This document shows positions 30,634 through 41,560 of a DNA stretch of 64,000 nucleotides, in pieces. How positions within the stretch are numbered: position 1 is the first letter of the stretch; the number at the start of each line of letters is the position of its first letter. This DNA comes from an uncultured Gammaproteobacteria bacterium. GTDB taxonomy: Bacteria > Pseudomonadota > Gammaproteobacteria > Francisellales > CACEW01. The notes beneath the pieces are model-generated. The model was not told the origin of the DNA and made no database searches. It worked only from the letters and a program-made list of their open reading frames with translations. The DNA lies in contig CACEWE010000001.1 of the NCBI GenBank assembly GCA_902563055.1, forward strand, positions 52,276 to 116,275, written 5' to 3'. Made by a program: the position numbers and the translations under genes.

Positions 30634-31475
30634 CCTTTTTCACTCCTTGGTAAGGCAGTGAATAATCGATCCCAACGCACTTTGCTATGCTGGCTATCCC
30701 AGCTAAACCATATATAATCTGCGCGGCCAGTAATAGTATCACTATCAACAAACCCAAAATAACGACTATCGCCTGAGTGATCACGATTATCGCCCATTGC
30801 AAATACCTTGCCCTTGGGCACCACAATATTATAAAAACTTACCGACGCACTATTTTTGGTATTATAAACATCATGAACACTGGTACCTATATGCTCTTTG
30901 TAATGATCAACCGTATAAGCACCTTCTACAGGAGAAACATCAATGTAAGCTTGATCTACAAGGCTGCGCTTTAAAGGCTTGCCATTCACATAGAGGTGTT
31001 TGTTGATATAGCTCACTTTATCTCCAGCTACCGCAACTACCGTCTTTACATAACTAACATTAGGATTAGGCGGTGAAGGAAAAACCGCAATATCCCCACG
31101 CTTAGGAGCAGATCCTTTAGTAATTTTTTTATTGCTTAAGGGTAAATGAATCCCATAAGCATATTTATTAACTAGCAAAAAGTCGTTCAGCTGAATAGTA
31201 GGCAACATTGAACCTGTTGGCACGCGAAACGGCTCGTAAAAGAAACTACGGAAAAGAATAACAATTACTAAAACAGGCAAAAAAGCATAAGCCCAGTCAG
31301 CCAACATCGGCGCCTGCAGTGCTTCTTTTTGCTTCTTTTTAGATAAATCTGCAAAGCCATCTTGAGCTTGCACTTCCTGATGACGCGCTTTGCGAAAAAA
31401 GACGCAATCAATTAGCACTATCACACCGCTGACAATCAGTGCGACAAATAAAAGTAATTCAACATTGAAACTCAT
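30630..31475 (-). CDS. lepB: signal peptidase I
   Basis: PTGSMLPT catalytic Ser box, GDIAVF, and GDNRDHSGDSRYFG box E. Confidence 0.9.
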   Translation of the reverse strand: MSFNVELLLFVALIVSGVIVLIDCVFFRKARHQEVQAQDGFADLSKKKQKEALQAPMLADWAYAFLPVLVIVILFRSFFYEPFRVPTGSMLPTIQLNDFLLVNKYAYGIHLPLSNKKITKGSAPKRGDIAVFPSPPNPNVSYVKTVVAVAGDKVSYINKHLYVNGKPLKRSLVDQAYIDVSPVEGAYTVDHYKEHIGTSVHDVYNTKNSASVSFYNIVVPKGKVFAMGDNRDHSGDSRYFGFVDSDTITGRADYIWFSWDSQHSKVRWDRLFTALPRSEKG

Positions 31476-31485
31476 GATCTAATCC

Positions 31486-33279
31486 TTATTTCTTTTCTAC
31501 TTTCAAAACCGATAAAAACGCTTCCTGAGGTACTGACACACTGCCTATTTGTTTCATGCGTTTTTTTCCTTTCTTTTGCTTTTCTAATAATTTGCGCTTA
31601 CGACTTACATCACCACCATAACACTTTGCCGTTACATTCTTGCGCATCGCCTTAACATTAACCCTAGCAATAATTTGACCACCAATGGCCGCCTGAATCG
31701 CCACTTCAAACATTTGCCTGGGAATGAGCTCTTTTAAACGATCAATGACATTTCTTGCATGATAAACCGCATTTTCACGATGAATAATGCTCGCTAAGGC
31801 ATCAACCATATCGCCATTAATCAAAATATCCAAGCGAACCATATCTGCCGGTTCATAATGACAGAAATTATAGTCTAGAGAAGCATAACCGCGCGTAACA
31901 GACTTTAATCGATCAAAGAAATCAAGCACTACTTCACTCATCGGCATCAAATAAATAATGTTCACTTGATTACCCATGTACTGCATATTTTTCTGCTGAC
32001 CGCGCTTTTCCTCACACAAAGTAATGACACTGCCAACATGCTCTTGTGGAACTAATATTGTAGCCTCAACAATAGGCTCTAATATTTTTTCAATTTTATT
32101 CACCGCTGGCATTTTTGTCGGATTATCAATATGGATAAGTTCCTTGTTTTTGAGCTCAATTTCATATACCACCGTAGGAGCTGAGCTAATAAGATCTAGT
32201 TGATATTCTCGCTCTAAGCGCTCTTGGATAATTTCCATGTGTAACATACCTAAAAAGCCACAGCGAAAACCAAATCCTAAAGCCTCTGAACTCTCCGGCT
32301 CATAGAACAATGAAGCGTCATTCAACGATAATTTTGCTAAGGCATCGCGAAAGCTTTCATAATCGTCTGATACGATTGGAAACATACCGGCATACACCTG
32401 CGGATTAACTTTTTTAAATCCTGGTAACGCATCTTGTGCTGCATTTTTAGCTGTAGTGATGGTGTCGCCTACCGGCACACCGTCAATGGCTTTAATACTT
32501 GCAACTACAAAACCCACCTCACCGGTTGATAATAAGGGCTTTTGTTCTCTTTTAGGATTAAACACTCCGACCTGATCTACCACATGAGTGCCACCAGTGC
32601 TCATCACTTTCATGACATCTTTGACTTTTAGCTCCCCTTGAACAATACGCACTAAAGACACCACGCCAAGGTAACTGTCAAACCAAGAATCAATAATCAA
32701 AGCTTTAAGCGGTAAATCTTTTTCGCCAGTAGGTGGCGCTACTTTTTGGACAATTTGCTCTAAAACATCAGGAATACCTATTCCTGCTTTTGCACTCACT
32801 TGAACTGCATCGCTTGCATCTATGCCTACCACATCTTCAATCTCTTGGGCTACCCGATCTGGATCTGCTTGGGGTAAATCAATTTTGTTTAAAACCGGAA
32901 TTACTTCTAGATCTTGCTCAATTGCAGTGTAGCAATTTGCAACCGTTTGCGCCTCAACCCCTTGTGCTGCATCCACAACCAACAAAGCTCCTTCGCATGC
33001 TGATAAAGAGCGCGAAACTTCATAACTGAAATCAACATGGCCTGGCGTATCAATAAAATTAAGCTGATAAGTATGGCCATCTTGTGCTTTGTAATTTAAG
33101 GTTACACACTGTGCCTTAATTGTAATGCCACGCTCTCGCTCGATATCCATGCTATCTAAAACCTGCGCACTCATCTCGCGATTCGTTAAACCACCGCAAT
33201 ATTCGATAAAACGATCAGAAAGTGTGCTCTTGCCATGATCAATATGCGCAATAATTGAAAAATTTCGGATAAATTCCAT
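31486..33279 (-). CDS. lepA: elongation factor 4
   Basis: [28 protein letters not shown] and NKIDL. 597 aa with the conserved LepA C-terminal domain. Confidence 0.97.
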   Translation of the reverse strand: MEFIRNFSIIAHIDHGKSTLSDRFIEYCGGLTNREMSAQVLDSMDIERERGITIKAQCVTLNYKAQDGHTYQLNFIDTPGHVDFSYEVSRSLSACEGALLVVDAAQGVEAQTVANCYTAIEQDLEVIPVLNKIDLPQADPDRVAQEIEDVVGIDASDAVQVSAKAGIGIPDVLEQIVQKVAPPTGEKDLPLKALIIDSWFDSYLGVVSLVRIVQGELKVKDVMKVMSTGGTHVVDQVGVFNPKREQKPLLSTGEVGFVVASIKAIDGVPVGDTITTAKNAAQDALPGFKKVNPQVYAGMFPIVSDDYESFRDALAKLSLNDASLFYEPESSEALGFGFRCGFLGMLHMEIIQERLEREYQLDLISSAPTVVYEIELKNKELIHIDNPTKMPAVNKIEKILEPIVEATILVPQEHVGSVITLCEEKRGQQKNMQYMGNQVNIIYLMPMSEVVLDFFDRLKSVTRGYASLDYNFCHYEPADMVRLDILINGDMVDALASIIHRENAVYHARNVIDRLKELIPRQMFEVAIQAAIGGQIIARVNVKAMRKNVTAKCYGGDVSRKRKLLEKQKKGKKRMKQIGSVSVPQEAFLSVLKVEKK

Positions 33280-33409
33280 TTATCATACCAGTATTTATAT
33301 GAGCGCAATTATAACCGCCTTTAGCGCTTTTATCTAGCTAAAATAAAAAATTAGCCCTTCTGCACAAAAATACGCTATAATAGCGCGATTTTACAACATC
33401 CCAAAGCTA

Positions 33410-34468
33410 ATGAAAAAACAAATAAATACGCTTTTAAAAGAAACCACAGAACCCGCTAGCGGCAAAAGCCTTGCTAAGTTTTGTAATTTTCAGGTTCATG
33501 ACAATGCTATCGTACTTGATTGCACATTCAACTACCCCGTTGCCATAAACCATGGCTGGTTCAAGGAAATCCTTGATAGCATTGAAAAGACATGTGGCCT
33601 TGTAGTAAAACCTCAAATACAGCTGAAAATTGAGCACAAAGCGGTTCAAGGCAACTTACAGCCTCCGAAAAATATTAAAAATACAATTGCAATACTCTCA
33701 GGCAAAGGCGGTGTTGGCAAATCAACACTCTGCGCTAATTTAGCTATTGCACTAGCGCAAAATGGCGCTAAAGTTGGCCTGATTGATGCTGATATATACG
33801 GCCCCAGCCAACTGAGTCTTTTTGGTGACTATCAAGCAAAAACAACCGAAGATAAGAAATTTATTCCCCACTTTCAATATGGCGTAAAAGTACTGTCCAT
33901 GGCCCATTTAGTTAAACAAGAAGATGCGCTTATTTGGCGCGGCCCCATGGCCAGTTCTGCAATTATGCAAATGGTCAATCAATGTGACTTTGGTGAGCTA
34001 GACTACTTGTTTATTGACTTTCCACCTGGCACCGGTGACATTCCACTTAGTCTTATGCAAAAAGTACCCCTCACCAGCGCCGTTTTGGTAAGCACCGCAC
34101 AGCAACTCGCTCAAGACGATGTATCAAGAGCTATTAAAATGCTTGAAAAAATGAAAGTTCCCATCTGTGGCATCATTAACAATATGGCCTATTATACTTG
34201 TGGTCAATGCACCCACCAGCACTACTTTATGCCCAAAGCGACCATGAGAGACTTTTGCGAAAGCCAAAATATTTCTTATTTAGGCGCACTGCCCCTTAGC
34301 CATACTATTTTAAACCCAGAAGCAGACTCAAGCGCCATTTGCGGCACCTCACCCATGGATCAAAACGCCATTGAAATAGGTAAAATTGCAATGAAGATTG
34401 CCGGCAAGCTGGCACAAGGACCAAAGGAATATAGGCAATTATTTGGTAAAGTACGCTTAAAATCCTAA
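33410..34468 (+). CDS. apbC: Mrp/ApbC-family Fe-S cluster carrier ATPase
   Basis: Deviant Walker A LSGKGGVGKST, CxxC (YYTCGQC), and an N-terminal DUF59-like region. Confidence 0.85.
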   Translation: MKKQINTLLKETTEPASGKSLAKFCNFQVHDNAIVLDCTFNYPVAINHGWFKEILDSIEKTCGLVVKPQIQLKIEHKAVQGNLQPPKNIKNTIAILSGKGGVGKSTLCANLAIALAQNGAKVGLIDADIYGPSQLSLFGDYQAKTTEDKKFIPHFQYGVKVLSMAHLVKQEDALIWRGPMASSAIMQMVNQCDFGELDYLFIDFPPGTGDIPLSLMQKVPLTSAVLVSTAQQLAQDDVSRAIKMLEKMKVPICGIINNMAYYTCGQCTHQHYFMPKATMRDFCESQNISYLGALPLSHTILNPEADSSAICGTSPMDQNAIEIGKIAMKIAGKLAQGPKEYRQLFGKVRLKS

Positions 34469-34543
34469 GTTAATACCCCATCTTGACAAAGAGGTAAATA
34501 TGTATCATTTTCTTCCACTAAAGACATTAAGGAAAAAGAAACC

Positions 34544-35311
34544 ATGTTATTATGCTTAGATCTGGGTAACACGCACCTTTATGCAGGTATTTTTAAAGAC
34601 AGCAAACTCATTTTGCGTTTTCGCTACCCCTCTGATCAAACCTGCACCTCCGACCAAATTGCTTGTTTTATTAAAAGCGTACTGCGTGAAAACAAACTTG
34701 ATCCTGAGGGTATTTCAGGGGTGATACTTAGCTCTGTTGTTCCTAGCATGGACTATACTATTAACGCCGCCTGCATAAAGTATTTCAACCAAGCCCCCTT
34801 AATGCTCCAAGCGGGGGTAAAATCTGGCTTACATTTAAAAATTGAAAACCCCAAAGAACTAGGAGCAGATAGAATTGCAACCGCTGTAGCGGCCATTGAA
34901 CGCTTTCCTGGGCAAAATCTTATTGTTGCAGACTTTGGTACCGCCACTACCCTTTGTGCTATTAACGATCAAAAACAATACCTTGGCGGCGCTATTCTTC
35001 CCGGGTTTAAATTATCGATGCAAGCACTAAGTAACAATACTGCAAAACTGGCAACCGTGGATATTCTTGCTCCTGAACAAGCTTTAGGAAAAAATACTAG
35101 AACCAATCTACAATCTGGCATTTACTATAGTCAATTAGGGGCCGTTAATGCACTTTCTAAAGCCTTACAACAAGAATGTTTTAAGCAGCCTGCCAAGATC
35201 ATTGCAACCGGAGGCTATAGTCAGCTTCTACAAAATGAAGGAATATTCGATGCCCTTATCCCAGACCTTGTTCTAGAGGGCTTAGCACATATCTGGAAAA
35301 TGAATCAATAA
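34544..35311 (+). CDS. coaX: type III pantothenate kinase
   Basis: LLCLDLGNTHLYAG, GADR, DFGTATT and GG motifs of the CoaX/ASKHA fold. Confidence 0.85.
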   Translation: MLLCLDLGNTHLYAGIFKDSKLILRFRYPSDQTCTSDQIACFIKSVLRENKLDPEGISGVILSSVVPSMDYTINAACIKYFNQAPLMLQAGVKSGLHLKIENPKELGADRIATAVAAIERFPGQNLIVADFGTATTLCAINDQKQYLGGAILPGFKLSMQALSNNTAKLATVDILAPEQALGKNTRTNLQSGIYYSQLGAVNALSKALQQECFKQPAKIIATGGYSQLLQNEGIFDALIPDLVLEGLAHIWKMNQ

Positions 35312-35374
35312 ATGACGCTATACTTGGCCAAAAGCAAAAGTTAAAAAAAAAATTAAAATTCTTGAAAAAGACGC

Positions 35375-35402
35375 TTGTATTTTGCAAAAAGATGCTTATA
35401 AT
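35375..35402 (+). promoter_or_regulatory. candidate sigma70 promoter for tRNA-Asn (and possibly ihfB)
   Basis: ttgtat (-35), a 16-nt spacer, a perfect tataat (-10), then a GC-rich discriminator (ccctcg) about 18 nt before the tRNA 5' end. Confidence 0.4.
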
Positions 35403-35419
35403 ATCCCTCGTAACTTCAT

Positions 35420-35495
<76 letters not shown>

Positions 35496-35515
35496 TTTTT
35501 CCATTGGAGCTTTTC

Positions 35516-35818
35516 ATGTCTGTAGCTGAAACTGTCAACTTGTCCGATCTTAGCTATCTGTTTGCTGAAGAATTTCATATTTCTACAAAAAAAGCAGACG
35601 AAATTCTTGATATCATTATTTCGCAACTGAGCGATCAGCTTGAAAAAAAACAACGCATAGAAATTCGCGGCTTTGGTTGTTTTGAAGTACGAACCCGGGC
35701 ACCAAGAAAAGCACGCAACCCCAAAACGGGTGAAACAGTTCAAACAAATATCAATCATAGCATCCACTTTAAACCAGGTAAAACCTTAAAAGAACTGGTT
35801 AATGGTACCAAAAATTAA
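35516..35818 (+). CDS. ihfB: integration host factor beta-like (HU/IHF family) DNA-binding protein
   Basis: RIEIRGFGCFEVRTRAPRKARNPKTGETVQTNINHSIHFKPGKTLKE matches the IHF-beta arm signature. The start is set at the ATG at 35516 because the tracked ORF's N-terminus overlaps the tRNA. Confidence 0.8.
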   Translation: MSVAETVNLSDLSYLFAEEFHISTKKADEILDIIISQLSDQLEKKQRIEIRGFGCFEVRTRAPRKARNPKTGETVQTNINHSIHFKPGKTLKELVNGTKN

Positions 35819-35869
35819 TAACTATTAAAAATTAAAAACTTTTTTCTAAGCCTCAATAGAGCAAGAGAA

Positions 35870-36382
35870 TTACAGATTATTTTTTTGCCTAATGGCAGTT
35901 TTTTCCTCAAAGTGCGCCTCTTTATACTGACGCTGTAATAGACGGCGAGCCTGTGCTTCTTTAAAACGAAAACGATCTATATCATTTTTAAGTTCAAGCT
36001 TTGGTACAGGACACGGCTTTCCATCGTTGTTCACAGCTACCATAGTGAAAAAGCAAGTATTGGTATGGCGCTTTTCCCCTGTTGTGAGATTTTCAGCAAC
36101 TACTTTTATCCCTATCTCCATAGAAGTTGAACCCACATAATTCACCTTAGCCAAGCAAATAAGCAACTCATTAACAAAAATAGGTTGCTTAAAGATGATT
36201 TGATCTACCGATACCGTCACTACGTTCATACTGCAATATCGCGCTGCACATGCATAAGCAACTCTATCAAACAGACTCATCACATGGCCTCCATGGATAT
36301 GACCTGAAAAATTCACCATATCCGGTGTCATGATTTCGCTCATTATAATTGCGGTTTTATCATTAAGATCTAACTGAGCCAT
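35870..36382 (-). CDS. hotdog-fold acyl-CoA thioesterase (YciA-like)
   Basis: GHIHGGHVMSLFDRVAYACAARY and VTVSVDQIIFKQP motifs. 170 aa. Confidence 0.75.
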   Translation of the reverse strand: MAQLDLNDKTAIIMSEIMTPDMVNFSGHIHGGHVMSLFDRVAYACAARYCSMNVVTVSVDQIIFKQPIFVNELLICLAKVNYVGSTSMEIGIKVVAENLTTGEKRHTNTCFFTMVAVNNDGKPCPVPKLELKNDIDRFRFKEAQARRLLQRQYKEAHFEEKTAIRQKNNL

Positions 36383-36455
36383 AAATATCCTTGATGATTA
36401 AAAAAGTATTCTATCACCAAAGGAAAAAAGAGGAAATAAAAAGTTTTAGAATTAA

Positions 36456-38753
36456 TTATACTTCAGGATGCTTCTCTAAGAAGGCACTCATAAGTTTATT
36501 AATAGCCCGGTCTGATCGCGGCATGCAATCACCATAATTCGTTTGCGTTTCAACAACATTAATAACCTCATTAGACATATCCTTAGCAAAGCCTTCACTT
36601 TTACCCTCAATAATGGCGATTTTTTTCACTATATCGTAGAGTTTGTCTTTGGTTAAGATACTTTCTTGGAGATTGGAGATCTCAACGTCAAAAAAGTCTG
36701 AACTAAGACGCTCATCCACCGATAACGCCATGAAAATAGAGTAGTTATCAGCCATATCTCCAAAGTCCACCACCTCTTCATCTTTATGCCCAGAAATAAA
36801 AGCAACAACTTTTTTCGTCTGTTGATCCATGGTTTTTCGCATAAAAGATTCTTTGTAAAGCGATACAATTTCATCAATCATGGCATCTTGAGGGATTTTT
36901 AATTTCTTTAAAGAAGTCTTTTTACTATAAATTTCTCTTAAAGTACGAATTCTATCTCCTGGCGGCTTTTGCACTTTTACAAATTGATTTACTTTAATAG
37001 CAGCAGTTGCCGGCGGGTTAGCATAAAAAAACGTTGATCGAACAATTTTAGATTTAAAGAAAATATGCGCCTCACCCTCTCGTTGGTCTTTTAAATCTAA
37101 CAAACTAATCCGTGCTCTTTTATCTAAGGTTGCCTCATTACCATCAATGTAACGCATAGCACCAACCCCGCTTCTATTAAAGCTTCTTGTAACCGTCACA
37201 TATGCTTCACCAGCAGTTTTATTAAAGAAATCCCAGGTTTCAACCGGATCCTCAAGCTTCATACAAATTTTAATATTAGTATTAGCGCAAATAGAGGCTG
37301 CTTCTTCTTTTGAGGCTTTTTGAAATGCCGGTAAATCTTGACCGGCAAAAATAACTGAAAAACCCAATGAACGCGCTTGAGCTGGAACCACTGCAAAACC
37401 TTTTACCGCATAATAACCATACTCATCCAAAATACATAAGTAGGGCGAGCGTGAATTCGTGGGTTTAGATTCGATAACATCGCGAATATCCCCTTCCACG
37501 GAACTACCAAGACCTGCGGCCAACATAGATTTAAGCGAGGCAATAATCAGCTTGCCTAAGTTTGCAAGTTCATCAGGAGACTTTTCCATTGCTGGTAGTA
37601 ATACAACTAAGATACGGCGATTTAAAACCACATCATTTAAGTCTACCTCAGCTAAGTTGGTCTTAATAATATGCCCATAAGTATCAGCCAGTGATCCAAA
37701 AATTTTGGTTAGCTGCATAGTAATATAACCATGCTGCTCATAGGCTTTACCACTTTGCTTCCCTTTGGCACTTTTTTGATAACCTGGCAAAGTAGAGAGA
37801 TAATTTTCCAAAGGATCTCTCACATCAAAGGGCAAGTGTTGATCCATACTTACCGAATTATTATTATGATCAATATACTTTTTGTCGTACAATAGCTCCT
37901 CAAGCACATCCAGGGTGAAATAACGGCGAATTACCCCAGCATCCATCAACATATAGCCCTTATCACGCATCCATACCAAAGGACGCATTAAAGCTTCCAT
38001 AAAGGCAATAGCACGACCTTTCCACATATCACCATCATTGTTACCGCCACCGCCAGAATCCATCAAACTGACCACCAAGTTTGATAACATGCTAGAAGAA
38101 CCAGCAGCAAAAGGGTTTAAGGTATTAGATAAAACCGTCGCTTGCGGTCCAATAATGTCTGCAGCACCGGTCATAAAGTTAATAATAACCAAATCATCCT
38201 CACGACCAACACCGCGCACCATCGAAAAAACCTTAGCAAATAAAGAATTATCACCTTTACCATCAACATAAATAAAACCACTACCATGAATAAGCGCATT
38301 AAAGGATAAAGACAATAGCGCTTCAGTTTTACCACTACCGGTTGAGCCAAAAATCAAGGCATGGGTTCGCATATCACTATTAGTAAACCATAACTGTTCG
38401 CTAGAGATAATATCGTTACCAAAATAATAAATTCCTGCTGCTTCGCCAGGAATATTTCCGCCTGGTTTTGGATCATTTTTATCAGGGTAATCACAAAATA
38501 CAGGCAGCTTAAAAGGCAGTGTCTTTGTCTGAAAAATAGTAAACCAAAATAAAATAATCGAAAAGAGTACAAATACTTCAAATAATGCTGGCGCTAAAAA
38601 AACAATCATCGCAAAAACAAAAAGCACAATTAGTGCACCAGTTCGACCTGCTAAAAAGCTTCCAACCTGTTTATATATTGGTCTCACATCACGAACAGCA
38701 CCCGTAGTTTGAAACTCTTGATCTTGGGTTACACCATGAAATTGTTTTGCCAT
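36456..38753 (-). CDS. dotL: type IVB secretion coupling protein DotL/IcmO (TrbC-like T4CP)
   Basis: Two N-terminal TM helices, WFTNSDMRTHALIFGSTGSGKTE Walker A, GFIYVDGKGDN, LNPF and CILDEYGYY Walker B. Length and motif order agree with Legionella DotL as I remember it. Confidence 0.85.
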   Translation of the reverse strand: MAKQFHGVTQDQEFQTTGAVRDVRPIYKQVGSFLAGRTGALIVLFVFAMIVFLAPALFEVFVLFSIILFWFTIFQTKTLPFKLPVFCDYPDKNDPKPGGNIPGEAAGIYYFGNDIISSEQLWFTNSDMRTHALIFGSTGSGKTEALLSLSFNALIHGSGFIYVDGKGDNSLFAKVFSMVRGVGREDDLVIINFMTGAADIIGPQATVLSNTLNPFAAGSSSMLSNLVVSLMDSGGGGNNDGDMWKGRAIAFMEALMRPLVWMRDKGYMLMDAGVIRRYFTLDVLEELLYDKKYIDHNNNSVSMDQHLPFDVRDPLENYLSTLPGYQKSAKGKQSGKAYEQHGYITMQLTKIFGSLADTYGHIIKTNLAEVDLNDVVLNRRILVVLLPAMEKSPDELANLGKLIIASLKSMLAAGLGSSVEGDIRDVIESKPTNSRSPYLCILDEYGYYAVKGFAVVPAQARSLGFSVIFAGQDLPAFQKASKEEAASICANTNIKICMKLEDPVETWDFFNKTAGEAYVTVTRSFNRSGVGAMRYIDGNEATLDKRARISLLDLKDQREGEAHIFFKSKIVRSTFFYANPPATAAIKVNQFVKVQKPPGDRIRTLREIYSKKTSLKKLKIPQDAMIDEIVSLYKESFMRKTMDQQTKKVVAFISGHKDEEVVDFGDMADNYSIFMALSVDERLSSDFFDVEISNLQESILTKDKLYDIVKKIAIIEGKSEGFAKDMSNEVINVVETQTNYGDCMPRSDRAINKLMSAFLEKHPEV

Positions 38754-38755
38754 GC

Positions 38756-39004
38756 TTAATCCCTTCTCTTATGACTACCAGCTAAAAAGCTCTTAAAAAT
38801 ACGCCATGCTACCGGCAGTGGATATTTGTAATAATCTAGTGCCGTAAAAATTGCCATTACACAAACTACAAGTATTAAGGTCCAAAGGCGCATATGCATT
38901 AAAAACAATAAAATAAATAATGAAACTTTGGCATCCATAAAGAAAAACCGGGCATTTCGCGCCGTTTCTCTCCAGTGCACATAGGTATCGCGCTTTCCTG
39001 CCAT
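38756..39004 (-). CDS. icmT: IcmT (TraK-like) small membrane protein
   Basis: 82 aa. HWRETARNARFFFMDAKV followed by one or two TM helices, the characteristic IcmT/TraK layout. The start shares one nucleotide with the dotB stop (TAATG). Confidence 0.75.
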   Translation of the reverse strand: MAGKRDTYVHWRETARNARFFFMDAKVSLFILLFLMHMRLWTLILVVCVMAIFTALDYYKYPLPVAWRIFKSFLAGSHKRRD

Positions 39005-40125
39005 TAGTGCACTCCTTTTATTTCTGTAAAGCGCTTATAGGCCTCTTCACATATTAAACCTGCCTCATATTTTTCGGTGGCATCGTCTTCAATACGCTTA
39101 CCATACTTAGGCAATAATTCTCTTATCCCTGAAACAAGCTCATCCACAGGGCATTTTAGCAGATGATCGCGAACGTGATCATTAATAATAAGGTACTCTC
39201 GTAGCGGTGTACGCTGGCCATCAGGGGTTCGAACTAAGGCTTGCCAAATTATAACTTTAACCGACTCTAATAAATCAAACATTCTGGCATCTCGCTCAGC
39301 ATGTTCAAATGCTGTCACCATTCTTCTTAAGGTGTCGGCAACGCCATTACTATGGACTGTTGTATAAACTGGATGACCAGTTAAAGCAGCATCAATAACC
39401 GCCTCTATGGTCTCTTGATCTCTTGCCTCTCCGACTAAAATAAGACTAGGCTTGCGGCGCAGTGCATTGCGCACTCCTGCTGCAAAACTAGGTAAAAACC
39501 TAGGGATTTCCGTTTGACTTACCACGGAGTTTGGTTTAAGAATTTCATCGTATACATACTCAACCGGTGATTCATAGGTTAAAATCTTCATACCCTTACC
39601 ACCCTCTTTCTGAACCAATTCTCCAATCATCGAGGAAAGCAAAGTACTTTTACCACTTCCGGTGGACCCTGAAATAACCAATATGCCTTGCGGTAATTTC
39701 ATCGCATCAAGTAAAATATCAGGCAAAGCCATTTTATCAAGAGGCGGAGGTGCACTAGATAAGGTTCGCAAGGTTACTTGTATACCTTCATAGCCATCAA
39801 ACAGGCATGCGGTAATATTCACCCGATAACGATATGCTTTGTCATCACTAACCCGCACCCGATAATTAGTATCAAGATCTTTACCACTAAAAAGCGAGGC
39901 CGTTGCATTAGGCCCATAGATATGATTAATTAAGTCAGAAACTTCTTGCTGCGACAGTGCTCGTGAAGTAATCGGCTCTAAAACACCATTAACTTCTACT
40001 AGTACGCGCTCGCCACTTTGTATGTTAATATCTGAAGCACCATTATCATGACAAAAGACCAGCAAACGATCCAAGTGGCTAAAGGTAAAAAAGATTGGCT
40101 CGTTTGGAAAAACCAATTTAGGCAT
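39004..40125 (-). CDS. dotB: type IVB secretion ATPase DotB (PilT/TraJ-like)
   Basis: Walker A GSTGSGKST, ESPVEY Asp box, Walker B LILVGEARD and His box TGHPVYTTVHSN. 373 aa. Confidence 0.88.
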   Translation of the reverse strand: MPKLVFPNEPIFFTFSHLDRLLVFCHDNGASDINIQSGERVLVEVNGVLEPITSRALSQQEVSDLINHIYGPNATASLFSGKDLDTNYRVRVSDDKAYRYRVNITACLFDGYEGIQVTLRTLSSAPPPLDKMALPDILLDAMKLPQGILVISGSTGSGKSTLLSSMIGELVQKEGGKGMKILTYESPVEYVYDEILKPNSVVSQTEIPRFLPSFAAGVRNALRRKPSLILVGEARDQETIEAVIDAALTGHPVYTTVHSNGVADTLRRMVTAFEHAERDARMFDLLESVKVIIWQALVRTPDGQRTPLREYLIINDHVRDHLLKCPVDELVSGIRELLPKYGKRIEDDATEKYEAGLICEEAYKRFTEIKGVH

Positions 40126-40127
40126 CG

Positions 40128-40934
40128 CTAACTCCTTTTTTCAGAAGCGCTAAGCAATTGTTCTGGAGTTTCAAATTTACTAGGCTCTATTTGTAAGGGT
40201 TGCCATAAATTGGTATCTAATATAAACTGTGGTTTTTGTGCGATAGTCCATTGGCGCTGATCAATGCTTAGACTGCTTGCACTACCTAAAATACCAAGGT
40301 TTGATTTAATAATAACAGAAGGCGTAATCATATTTCTAGATAAGAGCTTACGATACTCAATCATACCTAAAAACTGCTGATTTAAGTCAGCTAAATTTGA
40401 TTGATAAATCTCCACCCCTTGGCGTAGACCTTCAAACCAACCATCGCGAACCATCGCCTGCCATAGCATTCTTTCCTTACTATTTGTCGGCAACAGTACT
40501 TTATCTGGCAAACTTGGTTCACTATAATTCATAATTAAATAATCACGCCATGATGGTGTAGCCGTTACAAAATGTACTTGCTGTACAATTTTATATCCTT
40601 CACCACCCATGCGAATAACATCGTTATGAGCATCAAGATTAATAGTTGTATCAATACGTTCAACCACTGCAGGCATCACATTTGGCTTAAGCATCAACAT
40701 ATTAAAACGGTAAACTTGATTCAGGTACTTTGATTGAGACTCAAGCTGTTGATTAATGCGTTTAGATTGATACGCCAAAGCGGATTGCAAACCAAGACTT
40801 TGGGCCTCTTCTTTCATCGCACGAATTCTTATATTCTGACTCATACCGTCTCTTATTTCAGCAGCTTGATAGTAAGCTGAATCTGGGTTTAAGTTCTGAA
40901 GCTGGTCAACTAAATAGGGCATATCCATTATCAC
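40128..40934 (-). CDS. dotC: DotC (TraI-like) core-complex protein homolog, with no signal peptide or lipobox as encoded
   Basis: Colinear with Legionella DotC as remembered (IRAMKEEAQSLGLQSALAYQSKRINQQL..., TPSWRDYL, YRKLLSRNMITPS). GTG start overlaps the dotD stop. Confidence 0.8.
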   Translation of the reverse strand: MIMDMPYLVDQLQNLNPDSAYYQAAEIRDGMSQNIRIRAMKEEAQSLGLQSALAYQSKRINQQLESQSKYLNQVYRFNMLMLKPNVMPAVVERIDTTINLDAHNDVIRMGGEGYKIVQQVHFVTATPSWRDYLIMNYSEPSLPDKVLLPTNSKERMLWQAMVRDGWFEGLRQGVEIYQSNLADLNQQFLGMIEYRKLLSRNMITPSVIIKSNLGILGSASSLSIDQRQWTIAQKPQFILDTNLWQPLQIEPSKFETPEQLLSASEKRS

Positions 40935-41497
40935 AAGTACCTCATGCTAATTATTTTTGCCTCTGGATAAACGCGAATATCTAATTGCTGTCCAACCTGA
41001 AGATTAAGATTACGCAATATATCTATTGCAGCTTGTTGTTTCTCTACAGAGTGAATACTAACCAATATTGGCAAAGCAGGTTTTTTACCATACATTTGAA
41101 TTTTAAAGCCAATTTGTTTGGCTAATTTATTGATAATATTATCCACCGGGCCATACCAATCCATCTGTATCATTTGGTTCAGTGCAGGACCATAACTGGC
41201 ATTGTCATCATTCATGCTGATTCGATCAGGATGCTGAGACTTTTGCATTTGCGCTAGATCGTTTAAGGATCGATTAATCGCATCAATGGCCTTATTCAAG
41301 CTTTGTTGCACCATTTTTGCATGCGCCTTATCTAGCTTAGCCTGCTCCACCTGAGGCACCTGAGGTACCGCAAAGTTGTTGTTCACCTTTGGAGCAGAGC
41401 CAGAGCATGCCGCTAGTGATATCATTGAAGATACCACTAGCGCCACTTTAAGTCGCCTAAACATGCTAGCTGAAGGTGTTTTTTTGACTATATTCAT
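40931..41497 (-). CDS. dotD: DotD (TraH-like) outer-membrane lipoprotein
   Basis: Signal peptide with lipobox SLAAC|SGS, followed by a secretin-N0-like C-terminal domain. AAGGA RBS 8 nt upstream. Position immediately upstream of dotC. Confidence 0.7.
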   Translation of the reverse strand: MNIVKKTPSASMFRRLKVALVVSSMISLAACSGSAPKVNNNFAVPQVPQVEQAKLDKAHAKMVQQSLNKAIDAINRSLNDLAQMQKSQHPDRISMNDDNASYGPALNQMIQMDWYGPVDNIINKLAKQIGFKIQMYGKKPALPILVSIHSVEKQQAAIDILRNLNLQVGQQLDIRVYPEAKIISMRYL

Positions 41498-41560
41498 TTT
41501 TTTTCCTTATTGCATCATTAGCATATTTATAGTTTTTCATTTCATATTACTCATCTTTGC

